Assembly (NCBI GenBank): GCA_951406725.2
Contig: OX597819.1
Location: forward strand, 67,022,001 to 67,086,000
Source: Octopus vulgaris
Taxonomy: Eukaryota
Length of the DNA stretch: 64,000 nucleotides
Direction: 5' to 3'
Under the pieces are notes generated by a model. That model saw nothing but the letters and a program-made list of their open reading frames with translations, was not told the origin of the DNA and searched no databases. This document shows positions 52,716-64,000 of this stretch, in pieces; position 1 is the stretch's first letter; every line of letters starts with the position of its first letter. The translations under genes and the position numbers were made by a program.

Positions 52716-53996
52716 CCATGTTTGACTTTTGCTTTATATTTGTACAAGTTGGCTCCAAGTCTCACCCAGAGACCTCAAGAGACAACAGGTTTGAAGTTCA
52801 TGTTGTTGATATGCCTAGTGTGCCATACATTTGGTTTTGTATTTAGTGTTGTACTAGTGGATGTCAAAAACAAAAACGAAAATTATGTTTGTTTTAAAAC
52901 TTGAGATTACATAGAAAGTATTCTGCGTAGGATATGAGCGGTTCCCATGAGCACTATCTTTTGAATATCTGACATTTTGGGGTTTCCTGGTATCTGAGTT
53001 TGGTAGCGATCAACCCCTTTTGCTATCATTCCCAGGGCACCTATGACAACAGGTATTGTTTTAGTCTTCAGCTTCCACATTTTGCTGATTTCTATTTTAA
53101 GATCTTTATATTTGTTCAGTTTTTGGTAGGTCTTGACAGGTACGTTTATATCGATTGGGACAGTCATATCTATGAGGAGGCATGTTTTTTGTTTGAAGTC
53201 TTTCAATATGATGCATGGCCTATTTGCATCTATCTTTCTGTCAGTTTGAATGGGGAAGTTCCAGAGGAGTGAGATGTGGTCATTTTCATGCACTGGAGGT
53301 GTTTTGTGTTCCCACCAGTTTTTTGCATGGGGAAAATCCAGGTTTTTGCAGATTACCCAGTGAATATATTGTGCAGCTCTATCATGCATGTTGAGATACT
53401 CTGTAGGCGCTAGAAGACTGCACTTGGAGACCACATGATCAATGGTTTCATTTTATTATTGACATACACGACATGTTGGTCTATTGCCGTTCTTTAATAT
53501 GTTAGCCTGGTAGTTCCTTGTTGATCTTGGGCTGCTATGATAAACCCTTCTGTTTCAGCCATTGATGGATCAGGGCTTTGTCAACATCTGCAATATTCGC
53601 TCTCTTTGGGTATTTGCTATAGAGAGGTTTTTCTTGCCATTTATCATTCAGAATATCTAAGGCAGCAGTTTTAGCACGGGTTTTCATGCGTTTAGCTTTT
53701 TCTGTGCTTGTTTCTTGTATGTCTAATTCCGAAATTTGTAGTATTCGGAATTCACTTAGATATTCCTTTGCCTGTTTTGTTACTGAGTATGATGCTTTCT
53801 TGTGTTCATGTTTTGAGACAAGTCCTCAGAGTTTTTCAGGTAGGTGTCTAGGCCAATTGTAGCAATCTTCATTGTTATTGCCAGTTGTAAAAGTCCACAG
53901 CCTCCCTCTTTTCTTGGCAGATAAAGTCGTTCTATATTTGCCTTAGGGTGGTGCATTCCATGCATTGTCAACAGTTTTCGTATTTTTCTGTCAAGA
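52716..53996 (-). mobile_element. 5'-truncated R4/Dong family A copy
   Basis: Highly similar to 54947-56300; LDRKIRKLLTMHGMHHPKA through the RLE and 3' UTR; TAA arrays at both ends. Confidence 0.92.
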
Positions 53997-54030
53997 TTAC
54001 TTATTATTATTATTATTACTATTATTATTA

Positions 54031-54073
<43 letters not shown>

Positions 54074-54089
54074 CATCATCATTATTATA

Positions 54090-54188
<99 letters not shown>

Positions 54189-54189
54189 T

Positions 54190-54916
54190 TCTCTTCATAA
54201 AAAGTTTTATTGGAGCTTCTGGAGCTTGCATGCGTAGCGGTCTTACTTCCTGCAACCAATGGTACCATGCTCTTCGTTCTTTGCAGCTATCTACTACTTA
54301 CCTGATTATTCTGGCTATGCAAAGGAAGCAAGCATTTTGTAACAGTTCTTACTGGGCACTCTATTCCAAATTCCTTTATATTCCTCTTGTTGGCTTACGA
54401 TACTGTTCCCAAGGACCCAACAATGATTGGCACATCATTTTCCACAGCCGAGCTATTTGGTACTAAATCGGGTTGTTTTTATCTATCTTTTCGCCTTTCT
54501 TCTCGACCAGTCGTTGGTCAGCTATATAGCGTATGTGGTGCAACTATAGAGTATATATAGGGCAACTATATAGCATATGTGGTGCAACTGTATAGCATAA
54601 GTGGTGCAACTTATCCACGACCACTAGGTCCCGTCTGTTATGCTCTAGTACCTGATCTGTTTGGATTGGGAAATCCCAGGGGATTTTGCTAGTCTCCCAC
54701 TTTGTCACTCTGCGATTTGTGCTCATGTCACTTCTTGCCCCTCTCTAGCCCCACTTTTCGCACAGTTTCCAATGTATACCTTTCGCTACGTAGTCATATC
54801 GCTACAACTTGTAGTGCTTTGGGAACAGTCTAGAGAATTTATTCGTGATAAGGGCAATGGTTGACCCTCCAGATCTTATGCTTTCGTTCGGCAATTCCCC
54901 TCTTCTCAATCCATCA

Positions 54917-54917
<1 letters not shown>
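54190..54917 (-). mobile_element. Degenerate R4/Dong 3' fragment (another family)
   Basis: KIPWDFPIQTDQVLEHNRRDLVVVDK RLE-region motif; TAA arrays at both ends. Confidence 0.75.
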
Positions 54918-54946
<29 letters not shown>

Positions 54947-54947
<1 letters not shown>

Positions 54948-57900
54948 TATGTTTGACTTTTGCTTTATATTTGTACAAGTTGGCTCCAAGTCTCACCCAG
55001 AGACCACAAGAGACAACAGGGTTGGAAGTTCATGTTGTTGTTATGCCTAGTGTGCCATATATTTGGGGGGTGGGGATGTTGTACTAATGAATGTCTAAAA
55101 AAAAAGGTTTTTTTTGTTTTTTTTTTAAACCGAAAATTATGTTTGTTTTAAACCTTGAGATTACATAGAGAGTATTTTGCGTAGGATATGAGCAGTTCCC
55201 ATGAGCACTATCTTTTGAACTTCTGCCATTTTTGGGTTTCCTGGTATCTGAGTTAGGTAGCTATCAGCCCCTTTTGCTATCATTCCCAGGGCACCTATGA
55301 CAACAGGTATTGTTTTAGTCTTCAGCTTCCACATTTTGCTGATTTCTATTTCAAGATCTTTATATTTGCTCAGTTTTTGGTAGGTCTTGACAGATACGTT
55401 TATATCGATTGGGACAGTCATATCAATGAGGAGGCATGTTCTTTGTTTGAAGTCTTTCAATATGATGTCTGGCCTATTTGCATCTATCTTCCTGTCAGTT
55501 TGAATGGTGAAGTTCCAGAGGAGTGAGATGTGGTCATTTTCAAGCACTGGGGGTGGTTTGTGTTCCCACCAGTTTTTTTCATGGGGCAAATCAAGGTTTT
55601 TACAGATTACCCAGTGAATATATTGTGCAGCTCTATCATGCATGTTGAGATACTCTGTAGGCGCTAGAAGACTGCACTTGGAGACCACATGGTCAATGGT
55701 TTCATTTTGTTACTTGCATACACGACACGTTGGACTGCTTCTGATCTTTAATATGTTGGCCTGGTAGTTTCTTGTTGGTAGGCATTGATCTTGAGCTGCT
55801 ATGATAAACCCCTCTGTTTCAGATTTTAAGCCAGAGGCCATTAGCCATTGATGGGTCAGGGCTTTGTCGATATCTGCATTATTCGCTCTCTTTGGGTATT
55901 TGCCATAGAGAGGTTTTTCTTGCCATTTATTATTCAGAATATCTAAGGCCGCAGTTTTGGCACGGGTTTTCATGCGCCTAGCTTTTTCTGTGCTTGTTTC
56001 TTGTATATCTATCTCTAATTCCGAAATTGGTTGTATTCGGAATTAACTTAGATATCCCTTTGCCTGTTTTGTGACTGAGTATGATGCTTTCTTGTTTTCA
56101 TGTTTTGAGACAAGTTTTAACATCCAGTCCTCAGAGTTTTTCAGGTAGGTGTCTAGGCCAATTGTAGCAATCTTCATTGTTATTGCCAGTTGCAAAAGAC
56201 CACGGCCTCCCTCTTTTCTTGGCAGATAGAGTCGTTCTGTATCTGCCTTAGGGTGGTGCATTCTATGCATTGTCAACAGTTTCCTTATTTTTCTGTCGAG
56301 CTGACATATTTCAGTAATTGACCAGTTAACAATATTGAAACTGTAAGTCACGACTGGTATAGCTAATGCATTGATTGCTTCGATCCTGTTTCTTGCATTC
56401 AGCTCTGTCTTGAGTATTGCTCTCACTCTTCGATAGCATTCTCTCCTGATCCTTTCCTTCATCTCTGAATGCCTTATTCCGTTCCCTTCAATTACCCCTA
56501 GGTACTTGTAGCTCTCCGCTGGGTCTAGTTCTTTTATGACATTCTGTTGGTCAAGGTTAACTTTAGATGTTTCTGTCATTTTTCCTTTGATAAAGGTAGC
56601 CTTTGCACATTTATCTAGGCCGAATTGCATTCTGATGTCGTCACTGAATTGTTTGACTATCGCTAGTAAGCCCTTGAGTTGTTGATCATTTTTTGCAAAA
56701 AGCTTTAAATCATCCATGTAAACGAGATGATTTATATTTTTATCAAACATTTTATACCCGTACTGCGCGTCATTGAGCAGCTTTGAGAGAGGTATTAAGG
56801 ATAAACAAAAGAGGAGTGGTGACAGTGAGTCACCCTGGAAAATGCCACTCGAAATGTTTACATCACCAGCATTTAGGGATTCACTGTCACTGTTCAGAGT
56901 TAGTGTGGTACTCCATGATCTCATACTTACAGTCAAGAAGTTTCGCAGAGTTGGTGCTATCTTATACATTTCAAGGTATTTCCTAATCCAGCTATGTGGT
57001 AGGCTATCAAAAGCCTTTTTATAGTCTATCCAGGCTATTGATAAGTTTTTGTGTCGTTTGTGACAATCTTCTAAGATCATCTTATTGATGAGTAGTTGGT
57101 CTTTACAGCCGTAGGATCCACGTTTACATCCTTTCTGTTCATTAGGGAATATGCTGCTGTCTGTTAAAAAACTATAGGTATATTCCGTCAGGACAGATGT
57201 TAGTGTTTTGTACATAGTTGTTAAGCAGGTTATGGGTCTATAGTTTTTTGGTTCATTTGTTTCTTCACTTTTTGGAAGTAGGAATGTTAACCCATTAACT
57301 AGCCAAGGAGGCATCCTACTAGGGTGTTGCAAAACATCATTGTACAGTTCTGTTAGCAGTTCATGGCTCTCTGGGAAGGCATTCAGCCAGAAGTTAGGAA
57401 TTTTTTCCTTTCCTGGAGACTTCCATTTGCTTGACCTCCTTAGAGCAGATCTTATATCTTCTACCTTGACACCCTCCCACTTTTGCTCTTCTAAGGGGTC
57501 CAGTTCTGTAGATATTCTGTCAATCCAGGGGGCCTTTTCGTTGTGTGTTTTTTCTTCTGCCCAGATTTTATTCCAAAATCTCTGCACTTCTTCTTTTGAT
57601 GGTACAGACCCTGCAGTAAACGCTGTTTTTCCTATCTTCCTGTAAAAATTCTTGGTATTATTTTTGAACATGTTGTTCTTGAAAAATCTAACACGCTTTT
57701 CATACCTCGCTATGCGGGCAGCTTTGGCAGATACCTTTTGTTTGATGGTTTCTATGGTGGCATCAATATCAAGTATAGTTTTCATATTGTATTTTTTCAG
57801 TAATTTTTGGGTTTTTGTAGGTTTGGTAGTCTTGTGAGCCTTAAGGTTTTTCAAATATTCAATGTCAGATCTAAATATTTTAATTTGTTGTTGCAGACGC

Positions 57901-58977
57901 TCTTGCCAAGAAGGCTTTTTGTGGGACTGTTGCCGTTTTCTAATCTTTACACCACATAAGATCGTTGAGATTTTCGCGGATGCATAGTATAGGTGGTTCG
58001 AGGTTTGTGATATCAACATCATTAACTGAAATTATATCCTTAAGTGCAAGCCGGATTTTACCAATTATTTTCATGTTTTGGTTAGAGTTGCGGATTTTAG
58101 GAAGTGTATCACGCTCATCCATGCTGGTTTCTTTAATTTTCAGCCATTCAATCATGATTTGATTTTTTAGCTCATGTAGTTCTGTTGGGTCAATATTTGT
58201 GTGACTTTCTTTATCTATTTGATGCTCATCTGTCTTAGTGTTTATGATTGGTTCAGGGCGTATTTCACTTTGCCTATCACTTATACTAACTCTTTCAATC
58301 CTCTCTTCGTTTTTATCCGCCCTGGGCTGGTCTATAATCATTTCCTCTGTATTATCTTCTCTAGCTGCAGCTTCGTTCATTCTATCCGATATTGCTTGTC
58401 TAACCTGATCAATCTCTACTTCAGTCAGTAATTTCTTTTTTATAATGTTTCTTCTAACATTGGCAAGCTTGTTACTGTCTATGTAGGGTCTTACTTCAGG
58501 GTGTTTCTGTCTCCAGTTTAAGTATGCTTGTACAGTGCTAGACTTATCTGTGGGGAAATATATGGCATGGTAGAAGGCCTCAAGAACTTCTTTATTATCT
58601 TCCCTAGACCATTTTTCCTTCTTTTTCTTTTGATTATTTGGTGATGAGCATGGATGGCCATCTGTTGGAATATTCCGGTTGTGGGGTTCGTCCAGCTCCT
58701 GTGTGTTGGGAAGATTTGATCCAGTAACTGATTTTTCAATCAGGATTTGGTTCAATTTTCGGGTACGTGGTCTTTTGTAATCTGCGCAATGACCAATGCG
58801 GTTTATTGTTTGATTTGTTGACCTTGAAGCATGACGAGCATCCATTCTTATATTAGGAGATGGATCTGTCAGTTTAGGGTTCACTACATGTAAGCATTGT
58901 TCATAGCGCCGCTTCTTAAGACTAGCAGATCTATATTCGTCTGTATTATTTTTGTTGATAGTTTTATCTCCGGACAT
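54947..58977 (-). mobile_element. Near full-length R4/Dong-clade non-LTR retrotransposon (Myb-like N-term, RT, CCHC, restriction-like endonuclease)
   Basis: Single ORF broken by one frameshift (~57960) and two stops (56043, 55710). RT: NYRPITCL, IDYKKAFDS, GIFQGDSLSP, YMDDLK, KYLG. CRVC..H..C knuckle; RPDII..LLID..K..KY RLE; 3' UTR ending in (TAA)n. Confidence 0.95.
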
Positions 58978-59836
58978 TTTTTTTTTTTTCCTTTCCTCCT
59001 CTTCCTTTCTTCAAGGCTTACTGTGTCTGTATTAGTTCGAAATAATGAGAATAAAATACGGAGAAGGAAACGAAAAGAAATGGAAAAAGACGGGATCTGT
59101 CAGTTATTATTGTTATTACTATCATCTTCACCACCATCACCATCATCAGCAACATCACCATCACCATCATCATCTTCAATGACATTGTTTTATGTGTAGC
59201 CACAGCCACCATCAACACTCCATTGTGTTGGAAAATGGGTGGTTAAAGAATTCATGTTCTTTGGGTCTATAAATAGCTACGGTAGATGGTGGAGACAAAG
59301 GACGTTAATGGTCAGTAAAAGGTCAAACCTGTTTACGTTTATTTATTTATTTTTTTTTTTTTTTCCTTTCTCTTTTCTTCCTCACCACATGCATATGTAT
59401 ATATATGTATATTCACTCACACATATTATCTGATGTTTTCGTCGAAGATTTTTTTTTTTTTTTTTTTTCTTTTTTTAAATAACTTTCTGTATAATGTTAT
59501 GTATATATTTTTAAATTTCTGAATTCAGTTGTATGTATATAGTAGTAGGTGCTTAATTCCATAACTTTTTATCGTGCATTTAATTGTGTTGTTACAATAA
59601 AAGGTAATTTAAAAGGCAATTTTACACATTCTTATAGTCATGAGAGACGACTAAATGTAAATGTTCACACAGAATTGGAGATATTTATGTTTCTAATTTT
59701 TCTTGTTAGGTGTACGTTTGTATCAGAAAACAGTAGATCTTCCAGTTTTCTACAGTTGCCCTGCTGGGTTCGCTGTTGCCAGTTCAGAGCATCGTAAAAA
59801 TACGTCCATCCTCTGTCACGTCCAGCCGCCTTCCTC

Positions 59837-59898
<62 letters not shown>

Positions 59899-59966
59899 GT
59901 TGTTGTTGTTGTTGTTGTTGTTTTTTGTTGTTGTTGTTGTTCTTCTTCTTCTTCTTCTTCTTCTTC

Positions 59967-60021
<55 letters not shown>

Positions 60022-60022
<1 letters not shown>

Positions 60023-62950
60023 TCATTGCACAGCTTCTAACAATGGAGATGTACTAGACTACCTGCTGTTCACTACTAGGGAACTAAAGTTGCACCCCAC
60101 ATTTTTCCAGCGCCATCCAGGTATTCGAGGGGTCCAACCAGTGCCGTTTTCTCTAGGTGTTTTCTTATTTTAGCGCCTATTTCTTCCTTTTATTCCTCAA
60201 GACTTTTATTCTGTTCCCAGGGCTCCGATAATTATTAATACTACTACCACCTTTTTCAGCGACCATAACTGCTTAAACTCCCAAGAAAATCTGTCATATC
60301 TATCGACTTTTCTTTGTTCCTTATCACAAAGCTTGTTGTCAGCTGGGTATGCTATATTTATGATCGTGTATCGGCTAATTTATTTCTCAATTAAGGCTAT
60401 GCCTGGCTTCCTATTTTCTATCTGATGGTCGCACTGGCTTATAAAATCCCATAGTATCTTTGTATTATCATTTTTGATGATGCCTTCTGCTTTGTTCGTA
60501 CAACTTTTCTGCTCTGTCAAGTCCATACTTGTTGCAAAGCCTCCAATGAACAATCCTTCTATATTGCCATGACGTCTCTTATATTCTTTCTAGGCTATTG
60601 GCGTACATTTATTGGTAATATGCCATACGATTTCATCATTTTGTCCACAAATTCTGCTCGTATCACTGTGTTTATATTCTGTATTTGTTGTAATTTGTGC
60701 TTAATGCTTGCTCTTAGGCAGGACAGATTAGATACACCATCTTATGTCTCTGTCTGTCGTATCTTCAACATCCCTATGAAGTTGTCCGAGCATTATTTTC
60801 TTTATTCAGCTATTTTCAGTTTCATTCATTCCCAAGTGCTTGTGCAGTGCTTTAACTTTGCAATCTTCCATCCTACGTAAGGCCGACGTTCTTACTTCCG
60901 AGAATAATGGTTTTGTGGCATTTTTGACATACCATGCTATGTTGCTTTCTTCTGCTCTAATGCTGTAATTGCATACAATCAGTACTCTTCCCCCTCTTTT
61001 TCTTAGTAGATACAGTGTCTCTGTCAGTTTTTGGGTGGAGTGTTCCATATATAGTCAGCAACTTGCTTGTCTTTTTGTCGAAGCTGTTTAGTTCGTCTAC
61101 TGTCCATGCGATTACCCCTGCTCCATATCGAAGCAGTGAAACCGTCCAGGTTTTCATAGCTTCAATCTTATTCCGTCTGTTTAATTCCGACTTCAGCATC
61201 TGTTTCAGTCTGCACATGTACCCCACCATAAACTTTTCAGTCATTTCTCTCACCATCAATTTGTTCATTTCGAATATACACAAATACTTATAATCCGTCT
61301 CTTCTATCTGCTTCATAACCTCTCCTGACTGACGTTATCGGTAGCCCATCCATACATTATATTTTGCTTCTCATCAAGACTAATACACCGCACTTTTTCA
61401 GTCTGATCTCAATTCTGATATCAGCACTGAAAGTATACACCGATTCAACGAGGAAACCGTCTTAGAATTCCATCTCTTTTACTCCAGCTGTCCGTACATT
61501 GACTCTGCGACTATTCCACTCAATAATTTCCACATAATCGCAAGAAGGATATCGGTCTGAAATTGTCGGCTGCATTGCCTTTTCGATGCTTTTCACGCAC
61601 AGCACTGACCTACTCATTGTCAACCACCTGGTGTAACTTGGTCGGCATTTAACAAGGTGTTGAATTGTGCAGCTATTCGTGCATGTCATTCGCCTAATGT
61701 TTTGACCCAGTAGCCTTGAACTCCATCTGGTCTCAGTTGCCCATGTATTTGCTGATTGATTTCCTTAACTTCCCCAACTGAAATGACTAGTTCTGCCTGT
61801 TTTGGACGGGCTACTGGTTTTTTCAGTTCTTGCAATCATTCAGCGTCCTTCTTGTGCTTCACATGTCACTCCAAAACCTTTTACTTTTAATATTATCAGA
61901 TATGAACTTTTCATCCATACACTCTCCATTTATTTCTGTTTAGAATCTCTTTTCATCTACTCTGAATAACCTATTCTCCTGGTATCCCTTCATTCTTTGT
62001 TCATATATTATTTACTTTCAATATCATACTTCCTGATCAGTGTCCTGTATTAGGGTTCGCGTTTCGGTCTAAAGTAGAAATGTCTTTCGAAAGTATATCT
62101 TACCCCCCTCCTGAATTCAGCATTTTTTCCACTATGGATCGTTTCTTTTGTCAATCCCATTATATTTCTTTTTCTTGACATCAACACCTACAATTTCTGC
62201 TACAATAATACTTCCTGCCTTCATCAAATTGTTTGTTTTTGTCATGATTTTTTTTGTTCTGATGTTTTTCAGAATTTCATTCACATTTTTCGAATTCTTG
62301 ATTCAATTTCCAGCGATCAACCTTTTTAAGGTTGCAAATAATGTCGCCATCATTCTCCTGTAGCTGTGCTTTTATTCTGTCGTAGATTGCATTTTGCCCA
62401 TCTGCCACGTCACCATTAGTTTTATTGTTTTCTTCCAAACCATCTATATGTCTCTCATCGAGGAAGCTATCACTGTTCCTTTCCTGTGGTTTATTAGAGA
62501 TTCCATCTCTATTTTCTGCTATGATAATACATTTATCAGTAGGAACTCTATTTTCGTTACCTCTACTGCTGTTTTCCAATACCCGTCTTTTGATAGCCTC
62601 GAGCTCTACTTCCGTGAACCGACGACTTTTTCTCATTGTTCTAGCTTGATCTCATAATCTCTGTTCTGTGAGCTGAAACAATCATTTCTCTCCATTGATC
62701 ATACATACTTTGTCGGTATCCCCTAAGATGAACACCATTTTTGTCTACAGGATTCCTCAGGCAGTAACCCTCTATGACCACAGCATTGATTTGTTTGTTT
62801 CATCTACACCGTGTGTGCTAGTCTCTTGCTGGATAACGACAAGCTGGAATCGGACCAGTATCTCTGAACCTGCCGGGTGTAACACTGTCACCATCGAAGG
62901 ATTCAGTTTGATTACTACCGTTATTCACAGTATTTTCTTCTTTCCTTGTT
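60022..62950 (-). mobile_element. Long, internally deleted and decayed R4/Dong family D copy
   Basis: FTEVELEAIKRR (N-term), YKYLCI..ELNRRNKIEAM, LYLLRKRGGRVL and RLE remnants; many stops. Confidence 0.85.
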
Positions 62951-63161
62951 ACATATATGGCGTTGCGATTATCAGGTTGCGCAATTACCAGTGTTTTTAT
63001 TGTGACAAAATCACTAGATATATAAAAAAGAAATCGCAGTATAGGGAGATTCCATCCGCTTCTATTTATTACCGTTATTATTATCATCACTGATATTATT
63101 AATTTCATTTTTTGCTATTTGTCATAGTTAATATTTCCTCTGATCCGACATGTATTTTGGC

Positions 63162-63196
<35 letters not shown>

Positions 63197-63510
63197 GTCT
63201 TTGTACAGCTTCAAACAAGGGAGATGTACTGCAGTGTCAGCTGTTCATTACCGGTGAACTATGGTAACACCTCTTATTTTTCGAGCACCTTCCAGAGTAT
63301 TCGAGCGGTTGCAAGCAATGCTGTTTTCTGCAAGTGTTCCATCCTAATAGCAGCTCCAATTTCTTGCATGTACTTCGTAAGATTTTTACCCAATGTTCTC
63401 AGGTCTCCGACAATTATTGATCCTTCTACCACCTTTTTGATCGGCCTCAACTGCTTAATCTCCCAAACTAACCTGTCATATCTGTCGACTTTTCTTACTT
63501 CCTTATAGCT
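63197..63510 (-). mobile_element. R4/Dong family D 3' fragment between (TTA)n arrays
   Basis: Colinear with 43355-43625. Confidence 0.8.
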
Positions 63511-63583
63511 TTATTATTATTATTATTTTTATTATTATTTTTTTTATCATCATCATCATTATATTATTATTATTATTATTATT

Positions 63584-64000
63584 CAGTAGTTTTATTTTTA
63601 TAGCGTGCTTTCACTTCACTACCGGGCACAGCTCTGTGTGCCTTGGGTATGTGCTGTGATTTGTTGTGATGCTCTGATGGTTCTTGTATGGAAAGTGTTC
63701 TGCGTAGGATGTGTGCAGTGCCTAGTAGTGCAATTTTCTGTATGTTATATGTGTTTGTAAGTCCTGGTGTTTTTGTTATGTATTTGTCTGAATATTTTTT
63801 TATCATGCCTAATGCACCTACTATGATAGGAATTGTTTCTGTTTTCAGATTCCACATTCTAGTTACCTCTATTTCCAGGTCTTTGTATTTTGAGAGTTTC
63901 TCCATTTCTTTTAGAGACACGTTGTCATCAGCCGGTATTGATACATCAATTAGAAAGCAATTTTTTTCTTCATGATCTCTGACAACTATATCTGGTCTGT
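63584..64000 (-). mobile_element. R4/Dong family C 3' end (runs off the window)
   Basis: EKLSKYKDLEIEVTRMWNLKTETIPIIVGALG..QKIALLGTAHILRR; distinct 3' UTR ending ACTACTG(AAT)n. Confidence 0.9.

Noticed and set aside
58978-59220. HDV-like ribozyme in the LINE 5' UTR
   Set aside because: No nested double pseudoknot could be paired; only an A-run and low-complexity sequence precede the ATG

Overview
Eukaryotic, AT-rich, microsatellite-saturated genomic DNA. The SINE/LINE repertoire resembles a coleoid cephalopod such as Octopus; this is an inference from repeat families, not a database result. There is one convincing host gene, an intronless rhodopsin-like 7TM receptor (1320-2201), plus several possible decayed GPCR remnants. 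Almost every other ORF in the track is a microsatellite artefact or a transposon fragment. Mobile elements include several tRNA-derived SINE families, a DD37D (maT-like) Tc1/mariner relic with MITEs, a hAT relic, non-autonomous Helitrons, an RTE 3' end, and a co-oriented stack of R4/Dong-clade RT-RLE retrotransposons in (TAA)n arrays (51-64 kb), one nearly intact. The main signal outside the ORF track is about a dozen type I hammerhead-ribozyme motifs (CUGANGA...GAAA...UH) from several unrelated short non-coding families. They mostly sit next to (TA)n runs and often inside fold-back inversions, the signature of Penelope-like elements and retrozymes. One is fused to a tRNA/Pol III head and another occurs as a ~350-bp tandem repeat. 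All folds were paired by eye and none has been tested for cleavage.
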